Source of the DNA: a virus
Lineage: Duplodnaviria; Heunggongvirae; Uroviricota; Caudoviricetes
IMG/VR virus record: IMGVR_UViG_3300023707_000001
Reading direction: 5' to 3' (one strand)
Length of the DNA stretch: 64,000 nucleotides
This document shows positions 29,417 through 38,797 of the stretch, piece by piece. Position numbers and translations under genes: made by a program. The notes under the pieces were generated by a model. That model was not told where the DNA came from. It did not search any database and saw only the letters and a program-made list of their open reading frames with translations. Each line of letters starts with the position of its first letter. The first letter of the stretch is position 1.

Positions 29417-30082
29417 ATGGAAATTACAGATGCAGAGTTTTTCTTTAAAAACTACGTGGGGTATCACCCAGAAGAAGAATGGATGTACGAAAGCACAAAA
29501 GGCATGATTGAGCATTATGTGGAGTCCGGACTGAAAGACAGGCTGCTTGATATCTATGAAGCCTGTGCGGAAGACGGGGTGCTCACTGCTGACAATATCC
29601 CGCACCATTTATGGCAGGATGGGAATATACTGATTCCTGGACAGTTTTATCTACACCCGGAACTTACGCTTATGCAGCGGGCGCCAGAAATAAATATTTT
29701 TACAGGCGAGGCTGTAGTAAAGGAACATTACAGGGAAATAAAGGAACTGTACACCCTAAACGACGTCCTGATTTACGCCAGCAAGCTGCTCCGCCGGGAT
29801 ACGCTTCTGAAAGACGAGAACCAGGATATAGGTGCTGTAAAACACCTTCTGAAACGATACGCACGGCAGGAAGCCGAGCTTGGTATCATGGCCCTCGATA
29901 TGGTGATGTTTCTGATTCGCCACCACAAAGGCGAAAGGATAGAGCTTATCAATATTTCGCAGGGAGAAGATGAAGTAGCACTGCAGGTCAGGGCATATGC
30001 AGAAAAATTAAAGTCGATGAACAGACACAGAATAATATGGAGAGGAAATATTAAATGCTGTCAGAAGGATACATCGAAGTAG
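29417..30082 (+). CDS. Hypothetical protein upstream of primase
   Basis: AGGAGA RBS; 221 aa. Confidence 0.6.
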   Translation: MEITDAEFFFKNYVGYHPEEEWMYESTKGMIEHYVESGLKDRLLDIYEACAEDGVLTADNIPHHLWQDGNILIPGQFYLHPELTLMQRAPEINIFTGEAVVKEHYREIKELYTLNDVLIYASKLLRRDTLLKDENQDIGAVKHLLKRYARQEAELGIMALDMVMFLIRHHKGERIELINISQGEDEVALQVRAYAEKLKSMNRHRIIWRGNIKCCQKDTSK

Positions 30083-31116
30083 GCGGGAAGTGCGGCAACT
30101 ACTTCACGAGAAATATGGTCTACCCGCTTAGCGGGCGGCAACAGGCCTTTACGGACTTAAAAAAGAAAACGGGCGGCAGGGATATGTATTACTGCACCTA
30201 TGTATTTGACAATAAAGAGCGAAAAGAAGGTACACGGTACTTTTCTCCCCTCTATTTCGATATTGATGGGGACATCCAGACGGATGATGGTTTTGAGCGT
30301 GTAAGACTGGCAACGCTGTCACTGGCAACGATTCTGAATCTGGAATTGCGCTTAAAGGTAAATGAAATGAAGTTCTACTTTTCAGGAGGAAAAGGATTTC
30401 ATGTTTTTATCGACCCGCGGGTGCTCGGTGTAAAGCCGACATCAAAACTCCCCATGCTCTATAAGTCCTTTATCAGCTATATCAGCACAAAGATTGAAAA
30501 CAGTGCCCTGCTTGATACAAGGATTTATGACAATCGCCGCCTGATTCGCTTTCCCAATACGGTAAACGATAAGACGGGATTGTATAAGATTCCAGTAACA
30601 TATAATCAGCTTAGAACCTTAACGAGGGCGCAGATTCTGGAACTTGCCAAAACGCCGCAACAGGAATATGTAACGTCAGCAGCACTTAATCCCGAAGCAA
30701 GCAGCCGTTTTGTTGACAAGCTCCGTGAAATCATACAGAGTGTGCCGCAGAAAACAACAGGGAATATCCATATCCCAAGCAGCGTACAGAAGCTTCCGTT
30801 ATGTGTAAAGTATCTGCTTACAACAGCGGTAAATAAAGGCGGGCGCAATAATACACTGGCGCTTATAGCTTCCCTTTTGGTCCAGAATGGTTACGTGGGA
30901 GATGTGGCCATAGGAATCTTACAGAAGTGGAATCTGAACAATGAAGAACCTCTGACAGACCATGAGCTTATCACGACATACAACAGCGCCGAGAGAATGG
31001 CAAAAGCTGGCCGTGGATACGGATGTTCTTCAATTAGACAACAAGGGGTTTTTGCACCTCGGGAGGTTTGCCCGAAATGCAAAATTTTCATTAGTAAACA
31101 AAAGCAAGGGGCTTGA
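30055..31116 (+). CDS. Archaeo-eukaryotic-type primase (AEP) with PriCT domain
   Basis: YFDIDG, FSGGKGFHV, RLIRFPNT...TGLYKIP; GGRNNTL...WN...EPL...E PriCT; C-terminal Cys cluster. Confidence 0.85.
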   Translation: MLSEGYIEVGGKCGNYFTRNMVYPLSGRQQAFTDLKKKTGGRDMYYCTYVFDNKERKEGTRYFSPLYFDIDGDIQTDDGFERVRLATLSLATILNLELRLKVNEMKFYFSGGKGFHVFIDPRVLGVKPTSKLPMLYKSFISYISTKIENSALLDTRIYDNRRLIRFPNTVNDKTGLYKIPVTYNQLRTLTRAQILELAKTPQQEYVTSAALNPEASSRFVDKLREIIQSVPQKTTGNIHIPSSVQKLPLCVKYLLTTAVNKGGRNNTLALIASLLVQNGYVGDVAIGILQKWNLNNEEPLTDHELITTYNSAERMAKAGRGYGCSSIRQQGVFAPREVCPKCKIFISKQKQGA

Positions 31117-32246
31117 TAGGGATGGCAGAAGAAAACGTAACAGAAGTAAAAGAGCAGGAGGCTGACCTGGGTTTCTTGGATAACGCTTTCGTGGAAGAAC
31201 TCAATGTCCATGATGCGCAGGAAATCGGAACCGTTGATAAATACGCAGTGCAGCCAATCGATGTATTTGAGGCATCCAGACAGTACATCGAAGATTTTGA
31301 TAATACATGTCAGAATGAGGGAACAGGCTATGAGGCGCCAAACTTCCCGATTTGGTCGCAAAAAATGGAAGGGCTTATGAACGGCTTTTACATCTTTGCG
31401 GGATACTCAAACAGTGGTAAGTCTGCAACTTGTATGAATATAGCAATGGACTACGCCTTAAACGAAGACAATCACCTGTATCTTATCTATTATTCCTTGG
31501 ACGACACGAAAGAAGACATCTACTCCCGCATTATTGCTATGCGGTCGCGCATTCCTATTTCTATTGTCCGGAAGCCGAAGCGTTACGAAAAGATGATTGA
31601 AGAAGGCGTGGAAGATTCCGCTCACTACAGAGAAATGCTGGAACTGCGCAAGGAAGCTGTGAAAAACATCATGGACTATTCCCATAAGTTCATGGTTAAG
31701 GATAGCGAAGATATTGACTGCATTGAAAAACTGCTCAACCATGCAAAGATGGTAAAGAGCTATCTGCAGACCCGCGATCCGCAGGCAAACGTAATCATTG
31801 TAATTGACTCCCTTATGGATATCAATATCGATTCCAAGAACTACAGGGAAGAAAAAGACCGCAATACGGCAATTTCTCAGCTTGTCAAACACTATGCAAC
31901 GACGGAGATTAAGTGCCCTATCTTTGGTACGGCTCACGTTCGCAAAAACTCCGGCCGTCGTATTACCATCAGCGACCTGAAAGAATCCGGCCGCTACGAA
32001 TACGATGCCCGCGCAGTATTCCTTATCACAAATGATGTATCCCGTAACGGCCAGAATGCAGAGATTTACTACACGCAGAAGAACGATACGCAGAAACATC
32101 CAGTGCTTGAAATTTATTGGGCCAAGAACAAAACCTCCTCATTTAAGGAGCGCACCTACTGTTACTTCTGCCCGGAAAACTCCCTGGCTATTGAAGTCAA
32201 GAAAGAACAGCAGGAAGAATTCGACAGCATTATATATGCAGAGTAA
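31113..32246 (+). CDS. DnaB-like replicative helicase
   Basis: Walker A GYSNSGKS; YYSLDD; IVIDSL; DLKESGRYEYDA; KNK. Confidence 0.85.
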   Translation: MIGMAEENVTEVKEQEADLGFLDNAFVEELNVHDAQEIGTVDKYAVQPIDVFEASRQYIEDFDNTCQNEGTGYEAPNFPIWSQKMEGLMNGFYIFAGYSNSGKSATCMNIAMDYALNEDNHLYLIYYSLDDTKEDIYSRIIAMRSRIPISIVRKPKRYEKMIEEGVEDSAHYREMLELRKEAVKNIMDYSHKFMVKDSEDIDCIEKLLNHAKMVKSYLQTRDPQANVIIVIDSLMDINIDSKNYREEKDRNTAISQLVKHYATTEIKCPIFGTAHVRKNSGRRITISDLKESGRYEYDARAVFLITNDVSRNGQNAEIYYTQKNDTQKHPVLEIYWAKNKTSSFKERTYCYFCPENSLAIEVKKEQQEEFDSIIYAE

Positions 32247-32248
32247 TT

Positions 32249-32280
32249 AAGACTTGCCTCACGGCAAGTCTTTTCTCTTT
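32249..32280 (+). terminator. Intrinsic terminator
   Basis: AAGACTTGCC-TCAC-GGCAAGTCTTTT. Confidence 0.85.
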
Positions 32281-32316
32281 CTTACTCGTTTTATCAATCT
32301 TAATAACAAGTTTTTA

Positions 32317-32346
32317 TTGACAAAATGGTAAGTAAGGATATATAAT
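32317..32346 (+). promoter_or_regulatory. Consensus sigma70 promoter
   Basis: TTGACA-18nt-TATAAT. Confidence 0.75.
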
Positions 32347-32413
32347 AAACACATAAAGCAACACAAAAGAATACAGCAAGCGCCAGATATAAGGGCGCGG
32401 AAAGGAAAAACAG

Positions 32414-32632
32414 TTGATTACTATTTCTTTAAAAGACACAGAAATCCCAGGACCTCTCAAGGAAATGTGCGTAAGCTACAATCCCGCTACGGAAGGAAGC
32501 GTGCTCGACGAGGACCTGACGGTAGAAGAAAAGGCCACCATCCTTAATGGTAAGTTTAAAGATTTGCTCGACAGCTGGGGAAGACTGGTAGTCGGTGACA
32601 CAGATTTTCAGCGAGCGTATTTGGAGGGATAA
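32414..32632 (+). CDS. Hypothetical protein
   Basis: AAGGA RBS, TTG start, 72 aa. Confidence 0.5.
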   Translation: MITISLKDTEIPGPLKEMCVSYNPATEGSVLDEDLTVEEKATILNGKFKDLLDSWGRLVVGDTDFQRAYLEG

Positions 32633-32637
32633 TCATT

Positions 32638-33378
32638 ATGGACACAATCGAATGCAAAGGGCTGACCATCACGATTATGTGTGATACTCCCATGATTGAC
32701 AGCAAGGAACTGGCAAGAGAATTTGGGAAGAAACATCAGAACTTCCGAAACGCAACGGAAATTTATTTGAATTCTCTCCCGACAGCGAAATCGCATATTT
32801 TGCTGGCTAAGGATGGAAAGAGCTATCTGTTTGACCTGCAAGGCTTTACGTCGATTGCCCCATACCTCGTGGGGAACAAAAACACGAAAGCCATGGAAAT
32901 TGCAGAGGCATTTGAAGAAGCTTATCATAAAGTCTCTCGAAAGCGGGAGGAAAAAGCTACTACAAAGTTAAAACAGACGGCCATGCAGCTTCGCGACGAA
33001 CGCGACGATGCCATGGAAAAAGTAAAGGCACTCGATGCGTTATGCAACACGAAAGACTACTACTCTTTCTCGGACGCAGCCAAGTTGATTGGCATTCCGC
33101 GCAAGAAATTAATCCGGGCGCTTGAGGAACACGAATATGTTGTTCGTAAGGCAAGAGCGGGCCGTTACAATCAGACGACACTGATTCCGAAGGCAAAATA
33201 CATGGCAGACGGTTATGGCGAAGGATTGTTCGTATTAAAGCAGCTAAAGTTCGGCCCCGCCTGGAAAAACGAAAAAGGCGAAACTTGTCAGAGCACGACA
33301 ATGTGGCCATACCTTACGGAAAAAGGCATTGTAAAAATGCAAAGTCTCTTGAGGAGATGGGGTGAAATCGCTGCGTGA
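32638..33378 (+). CDS. Rha-like / KilAC (ANT) phage antirepressor
   Basis: IDSKELAREFGKKHQN (Rha-like N-terminus); YSFSDAAKLIG...LF...T.KG C-terminal ANT domain. Confidence 0.75.
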   Translation: MDTIECKGLTITIMCDTPMIDSKELAREFGKKHQNFRNATEIYLNSLPTAKSHILLAKDGKSYLFDLQGFTSIAPYLVGNKNTKAMEIAEAFEEAYHKVSRKREEKATTKLKQTAMQLRDERDDAMEKVKALDALCNTKDYYSFSDAAKLIGIPRKKLIRALEEHEYVVRKARAGRYNQTTLIPKAKYMADGYGEGLFVLKQLKFGPAWKNEKGETCQSTTMWPYLTEKGIVKMQSLLRRWGEIAA

Positions 33379-33601
33379 GATAAAGACTTGGAATTCTGCA
33401 CTCGGCGCAGAAAAGCACTGTCCCAATTTTGACCCATGTCCACTTTGTTTTGGATGCAGGAATTATACAGAAAAAGCGGTGCGGTGCGATAAGTGTGCAG
33501 AAGACAATTATAAAAAGAACATATGTAACACGGAGCGTCATACGGAAAAGGCGCTTGGTATGATGATAAGACAAACAGAATTAAAATTGTATGAGGCATG
33601 A
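33362..33601 (+). CDS. Small Cys-rich (Zn-finger-like) protein
   Basis: CPNFDPCPLCFGC...CDKC...C...H; coupled to both neighbours. Confidence 0.55.
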   Translation: MKSLREIKTWNSALGAEKHCPNFDPCPLCFGCRNYTEKAVRCDKCAEDNYKKNICNTERHTEKALGMMIRQTELKLYEA

Positions 33602-34281
33602 GTAAGAAAATGGAAGATTATCGCATCAATAAAATTTACGCAAGCCCCGAAGATATGTATTCGTGGCAGGACAGAATTAAGGGATATATTGCAGGAACTG
33701 AAAATTGTGACGGTATCACAATTCTCGCTCCAGAGGGATATGGCAAAACGTACTTTTGCCGCGACGTTGTAAACGAGGGACTGGAAATGCTTAGTCCTGG
33801 CGCAAACGTGCTGTATTATTCCCCTGACAATAAAACCTGTGACCGTGTAGCGGTAACCAGCGCTTTTATTCAGAAAGGGCATATGACAAAAGACTATACG
33901 GTTACCAATGAAGAACAGCAGACCATTGTGGTTCCGGCCAGCATGGCACAGCTGAAAAAGATTCTGTCCTCTGCTATGAAGTTTGACCTTATCGTCATTG
34001 ACGATGCAGACATGATAAGCAACCCTGTTCTTCATTCTGTAGTCTTGAAAAACATGATTGATGACGGAAAGCTCATTATTGTCGGCACATCATATGAACG
34101 TCAGGAAGTCCAGCTCACGAAAAGCATTTGGAAATGGCTCCTCAATCATCCGTGTTACACTGCATTTGAGGTTATCCGCCCGAGCAGCATAGCAGACAGC
34201 GAAGAGTATGATAGCGGGAATTTGGCACTGAGCCATCTGATTAGCATTCTCCATCCGCAGAATTATCGTTACACAGCATAA
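33598..34281 (+). CDS. P-loop NTPase (helicase/terminase-ATPase-like, degenerate)
   Basis: APEGYGKT Walker A; IVIDDAD Walker B; IIVGT motif III. Confidence 0.6.
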   Translation: MSKKMEDYRINKIYASPEDMYSWQDRIKGYIAGTENCDGITILAPEGYGKTYFCRDVVNEGLEMLSPGANVLYYSPDNKTCDRVAVTSAFIQKGHMTKDYTVTNEEQQTIVVPASMAQLKKILSSAMKFDLIVIDDADMISNPVLHSVVLKNMIDDGKLIIVGTSYERQEVQLTKSIWKWLLNHPCYTAFEVIRPSSIADSEEYDSGNLALSHLISILHPQNYRYTA

Positions 34282-34301
34282 GAAAGCAGGTAAACAAAAA
34301 C

Positions 34302-34607
34302 ATGGTAAAAATTATTCCGATTGGCGAAAAACTGTTAGTTAAGCCGGAAACCGTTGAGACAAAAATGACCGAGGGCGGTATTGTTCTTCCGGAAACACTC
34401 ACGGAAAAGCCGCAGATTGGCGAGGTTGTTGCAACCGGCGAAGGCCGTATCCTGGAAAACGGCAAAATGATGCCGCTGACGGTAAAGGTAGGCGACCGCA
34501 TTATCTTCCGCAAATTTGCAGGAACGGAAATCAAAATCGACAAAAAGGATGAACCGCTTCTTCTTATCACGGAACGTGATATTCTGGGCATCATCGTAAA
34601 GCAGTAA
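34302..34607 (+). CDS. groES: Co-chaperonin GroES
   Basis: [11 protein letters not shown]...TEGGIVLP...[13 protein letters not shown]...[16 protein letters not shown]...ERDILGI. Confidence 0.95.
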   Translation: MVKIIPIGEKLLVKPETVETKMTEGGIVLPETLTEKPQIGEVVATGEGRILENGKMMPLTVKVGDRIIFRKFAGTEIKIDKKDEPLLLITERDILGIIVKQ

Positions 34608-34663
34608 GAAACTAGCCGTCGCAAAATAGCGGCGGCCGGACTTCTAAAACGGAGGAAATAAAC

Positions 34664-35254
34664 TTGCAATCTAATAATCAAAACGTCAACTATCTCGAGG
34701 AATGGGCTAACAGGCCGGATGTCCTTACCGAATATCTTGACGATAAGCTGACGGAAAAGCTGGAAGATGCCATAAAAAGACTTTACTATCCTGAGCTGCA
34801 GCAGTTTGTTGTGCTGGTTCTTACAAGGGAAAATGAGTTTATATCGGACATCGAAGATGCTCTTGGCGCTTTTCAGCTTGGCCTCAAATACTTCACGGAG
34901 CGTGGCTATTATCACATAATGGCACCGAGCAAGCAGACTTGCACATTCCTGGCATCGCTTCTTCTTCATAATGTTTATTTTAACCACCATGAACATGACG
35001 CATTTGACTGGCTCAGGGTGTTCTCCTTGCGGGATAAAACCGAAGGGCTCGCCTACGCACTGTATGAAAATATGGACTACAATGACCGTGGCATGTTTGA
35101 GTTTGTATATCAGAATGTTGAAGCGCAGCTCGGCGAAGCAATGCCGACTCCGGGCAACCGTCCTGTTCGTGGCCAGAATACGGAACACTTTTGGAATGTA
35201 CTCTGGTTCTATTATAACGGCAGAGTAGATATCTATGATAATCGAGATAACTGA
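34664..35254 (+). CDS. Hypothetical protein
   Basis: GGAGG RBS, TTG start. Confidence 0.55.
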   Translation: MQSNNQNVNYLEEWANRPDVLTEYLDDKLTEKLEDAIKRLYYPELQQFVVLVLTRENEFISDIEDALGAFQLGLKYFTERGYYHIMAPSKQTCTFLASLLLHNVYFNHHEHDAFDWLRVFSLRDKTEGLAYALYENMDYNDRGMFEFVYQNVEAQLGEAMPTPGNRPVRGQNTEHFWNVLWFYYNGRVDIYDNRDN

Positions 35255-35963
35255 AGAACAACTCTTTGATTATATGAATTGTCCTGTGCGGTACGCAATT
35301 AAATATGGTAAGAACCATATCAAAGTACCGCCGCAGGTTACATATCCAAAATTACTGAATCAGGTTGTTTATGGATTTTGCCAATCTCTTAAAGATGGCA
35401 TCATTATGCCGCCCGATAAATTAAAGAGGCGGTGGGATGGAATCTGCAAGCAATACCCTGATAAAGTAACACCAGACAAAATCCGTGAAGGTTTTGGGGC
35501 TCTGTATAGATTCTATGAATATGCAGAGAGTAATCAAATCCTGGTTGCCGACATTGGTTCATCCTATATCCTTCGCGTTAAAGATGGAGAAGATACATAC
35601 ATCTATAATGGTACGCTTGGTATAATCCTTGCTAACCAAAATGGCGAGCCGGAGAACTTTAAGACAGACTTTTCCTCGAAGTTCCCTGACCAAAGCCGAT
35701 TGGACATGAACCTTAAAATCACGTTGGACCATGTAGGGTTTTACAATCTTTACAATACGCCGCTGACTGGCACGCGGGTCCATCATGTTAAGAAAAGCAG
35801 GGATTATTATACGACGCGCGATATACCAAGTGCAACGAAAAAGGTTGGCACGATTATCGCCAATGTATGCAAGTCCATAAAACAGAATATCTGGTATCCG
35901 CATGAAAATCCACTGTGTTCTTCTTGCGAGGTGCGGGATTTCTGCATGATGTATGGCTCCTAA
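35235..35963 (+). CDS. Cas4/AddB-like PD-(D/E)xK-fold protein with 4-Cys Fe-S staple
   Basis: N-terminal YMNCP and C-terminal CSSCEVRDFC; nuclease motifs appear degenerate. Confidence 0.65.
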   Translation: MIIEITEEQLFDYMNCPVRYAIKYGKNHIKVPPQVTYPKLLNQVVYGFCQSLKDGIIMPPDKLKRRWDGICKQYPDKVTPDKIREGFGALYRFYEYAESNQILVADIGSSYILRVKDGEDTYIYNGTLGIILANQNGEPENFKTDFSSKFPDQSRLDMNLKITLDHVGFYNLYNTPLTGTRVHHVKKSRDYYTTRDIPSATKKVGTIIANVCKSIKQNIWYPHENPLCSSCEVRDFCMMYGS

Positions 35964-35994
35964 TAAAGCCAAAGTAGTTTAAGTGAGGTACAAG

Positions 35995-36156
35995 ATGTTA
36001 GAGTTAACAGAACGTGTAGGGGCAAAGCCCAAACTGGTAAAAAGGGTGCCGGGTGTATCGGTGAGTATTGGTGACACCATTCCTTTCGATGAAGCTGACA
36101 TGCCGGAAGAAGTTGCCAAAAAGGTAAAAGAAAACACGGAAACGAAAAAGGGGTAA
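35995..36156 (+). CDS. Small hypothetical protein (53 aa, MLELTERVGAKPK..., absent from the ORF track)
   Basis: GAGGT RBS then ATG 35995; fills the intergenic gap. Confidence 0.55.
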   Translation: MLELTERVGAKPKLVKRVPGVSVSIGDTIPFDEADMPEEVAKKVKENTETKKG

Positions 36157-36162
36157 TTTCCT

Positions 36163-36771
36163 ATGCCGTTTCTCCGTAGAAGAGCAGCAAAAAAGACAAC
36201 AACCATAAAAAAGACAACAAAGACTTATGAGGTTGACGGAAAGACTTACAGCAGTAAGGCACTAAAAGATTATCACGTAGAGCTAAGTGGATATGTAGAG
36301 TCTGGGCTGATAAAATCTTTCGAATTGCCGGAGGGGAAACTTGCAAAGTCAAAATTTCACTCCATAAAGGCAACTATTGACGGTATCGAATTTGACTCAC
36401 TTAATGAGTCACGTTACTACATCCATGTTTTGGAGGAAGTAAAGGCCGGAAATATTAAGTCTTTTGAGCTGCAAAAAGCGTATGAAATCGTGCCATCACA
36501 TATTCGGCGCGGAAAAAAGATACGTAAAATGGAATACCTGGCGGATTTTGTATGTCAGATGTCGGATGGTACGGAAAAAGTCATCGATGTAAAAGGCATT
36601 GAAACAGATGTCTTTAAGATGAAAAAGAAATTAGTAGAATACCTTTATCCGAATGTTGAAGTGCAATGCGTCCGGTATGTTGCAAAAGAACGAGCGTGGC
36701 TGACGACTAAGGAATGCAAAGCCCGCGAAAAAGCCAAAAAGGCTTCGAAGGAGAAGAAGCTGGCAGGCTGA
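36163..36771 (+). CDS. DUF1064-family phage endonuclease
   Basis: DGIEFDS..E..YY, FELQ, YLADF, IDVKG motifs. Confidence 0.8.
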   Translation: MPFLRRRAAKKTTTIKKTTKTYEVDGKTYSSKALKDYHVELSGYVESGLIKSFELPEGKLAKSKFHSIKATIDGIEFDSLNESRYYIHVLEEVKAGNIKSFELQKAYEIVPSHIRRGKKIRKMEYLADFVCQMSDGTEKVIDVKGIETDVFKMKKKLVEYLYPNVEVQCVRYVAKERAWLTTKECKAREKAKKASKEKKLAG

Positions 36772-36800
36772 CAACTAAAAACTGTTGGAATCTCTAGTGA

Positions 36801-37820
36801 TTGGTAATCTTAAGCAGAAAGAAGATAACCATCATAAAAAAGAGAAAAAAACTTTTAGAAGACGTTGTTGTGCGCGACGTCGATAAAACCCAGGTTTTCG
36901 AAAATGGTTTTGTAACCATCCGAACTGTCTTTAAGGAAGAAGCAGATTATCTCTGGGATTTATACCAGCACGAAGATGAATGGCGCGAAATCGATGAGCT
37001 TGTGCGTCAGTATCAGGGGCAATTTAAAGAAGGGGCCACAGAAGAAGCCCGTCAGATTGCAAACGCAGCTGGCACAGAGCTCTTAAACAGATTCCAGCCG
37101 TTATTCAAAAAGTATGTAATCCTTTTAAAAAATGGCCAGATTAACTTCCATAATAGTGAGCAACGTCAGTTTGTACGCCTGTTTATTCAGGAGCTTCACC
37201 TGCAGAAGGCACTTAGCCGTAAAAATCCTGGCCGGGATTACTGTGAACAGATTACAGCCCGTTTTAACTTTTTGATTGAGGGCTATGGACACCAAGATGA
37301 AGAAGAGATTTATGACGATATGCGGGTGATCTTCTTCATGCTTGTTAAACGATATAAGGACGTGGGCCGCAGTTTCTGCTGTTACGTCTACAACGTGTTT
37401 AAGTACGAGGTTTGCCGTCATATTCAAAAATATCAGCGCAACCCGGCAAACTTTCATTATAAAATTGCAGAACTCGAGGATAACTGCAAAACGGTTATGG
37501 ATGACTACAGCTCTATCGAAGATGTCGTCTATGAAGATGACCAGGGGCTTCCCGATATGACATGGATTCGAGGCGATACATGTTCGGAAATCTTCCAGCA
37601 GTTTACCGATGAAGAACGGCTGATATTCTCGAAATATTACCTGCAGGATTGGAACGATAGTCAGATTGCCCAGCTTCTCGGTATGCATATCAACACTGCA
37701 AACCAGAGAAGAAAGAGCATTACCAGACGCTTATGCAAAACGCTTGGTTTTGACCCGAAGGACATTGTGAGACATCGTAAATCCGGAAAGAAAGCCATCC
37801 TCAACACAGAGGTAGCTTAA
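36801..37820 (+). CDS. Phage RNA polymerase sigma-like factor (start uncertain)
   Basis: Region-2-like ELLNRFQPLFKKY; region-4 HTH EERLIFSKYYLQDWNDSQIAQLLGMHINTANQRRK. Confidence 0.7.
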   Translation: MVILSRKKITIIKKRKKLLEDVVVRDVDKTQVFENGFVTIRTVFKEEADYLWDLYQHEDEWREIDELVRQYQGQFKEGATEEARQIANAAGTELLNRFQPLFKKYVILLKNGQINFHNSEQRQFVRLFIQELHLQKALSRKNPGRDYCEQITARFNFLIEGYGHQDEEEIYDDMRVIFFMLVKRYKDVGRSFCCYVYNVFKYEVCRHIQKYQRNPANFHYKIAELEDNCKTVMDDYSSIEDVVYEDDQGLPDMTWIRGDTCSEIFQQFTDEERLIFSKYYLQDWNDSQIAQLLGMHINTANQRRKSITRRLCKTLGFDPKDIVRHRKSGKKAILNTEVA

Positions 37821-37867
37821 GTAAGGTTGGGGGCAATAAGCCCCCAAAAAATTGGAGGAAATAAATT

Positions 37868-38230
37868 TTGACCCCGAAGAAGAATTTAAAAAGTTTTTCG
37901 CCCGTGGTGAAATGGTCATCAGTAATAGTAAACCTTTTTGCGTGCCTCGCATGGTTATCATCGATAGGCGAAGGAAAATATGCAGCGTGGTTTTGCGTTA
38001 CCAATCTCATTAACACGATTGCGGCCTTTTTGTGGGCGAAGAATTTTTTGTATGACTATGCATTTTGGGCAATTTTAAGTATTATGAGCTTCTTGCAAGC
38101 AGCAGCCTATTTTAAAGACGGTGGCATGACTATGCTTGGCTTAACCTGTTGCTTTGCATTGTCCTTTGCGCTCATAGCGTATATTGCCCGTAAAATACTT
38201 GTGGAGGGATTACTTGATGACGAAGAGTAA
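37868..38230 (+). CDS. Membrane protein (about 4 TM)
   Basis: Hydrophobic segments; GGAGG RBS. Confidence 0.6.
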   Translation: MTPKKNLKSFSPVVKWSSVIVNLFACLAWLSSIGEGKYAAWFCVTNLINTIAAFLWAKNFLYDYAFWAILSIMSFLQAAAYFKDGGMTMLGLTCCFALSFALIAYIARKILVEGLLDDEE

Positions 38231-38774
38231 AATTATTGCAATTATCGTAGCCGTATTGCTGGCACTGTTCCTGGTGGGGAATTTTAACTCCCTTACCAAT
38301 AAGGATGTGGAAGTCCAGACGGCAGCCGCCCAGATTGATGTTCAGCTGCAGCGCCGTGCAGAGCTTATTCCGAACCTTGTAAACACGGTTAAAGGCTACG
38401 CTTCCCATGAAAAGGAAACGCTTACCGCAATTACCGAGGCTCGTGCAAAACTGCAGGACCCCAACGCAACACTTAAAGATAAAGCTCATGCAGACGGTGA
38501 GCTCACCAGTGCTCTTAACCGGCTGATGATGGTACAGGAAAACTATCCGAACCTTAAAGCGGACGCACACTTTACCGAACTTATGCGTGAACTTGCTGGC
38601 ACTGAAAACCGTGTCACGGTGGCCCGCACCCGTTATAATAAGGCGGTAGCCGATTACAACACTTCTGTTCGCACCTTCCCGGGCAATATCTGTGCAGGTG
38701 TTTTTGGTTTTGAACAGGCTGAGCCGATTGAGGCGACGGAAACCGAAAAGAAAAACCCCGAAGTAAAATTCTAA
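38217..38774 (+). CDS. lemA: LemA family protein
   Basis: N-terminal TM; IDVQLQRRAELIPNLVNTVKGYASHE; ENYPNLKAD; TENRV..AR.RYN. Confidence 0.93.
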   Translation: MTKSKIIAIIVAVLLALFLVGNFNSLTNKDVEVQTAAAQIDVQLQRRAELIPNLVNTVKGYASHEKETLTAITEARAKLQDPNATLKDKAHADGELTSALNRLMMVQENYPNLKADAHFTELMRELAGTENRVTVARTRYNKAVADYNTSVRTFPGNICAGVFGFEQAEPIEATETEKKNPEVKF

Positions 38775-38797
38775 ACCCGTAAAGGTGGCGAAATAAT

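Noticed and set aside
35235-35963. Cas4-like gene as evidence of a CRISPR-Cas system
   Set aside because: Solo Cas4-like proteins are common in phages; there is no array or other cas gene
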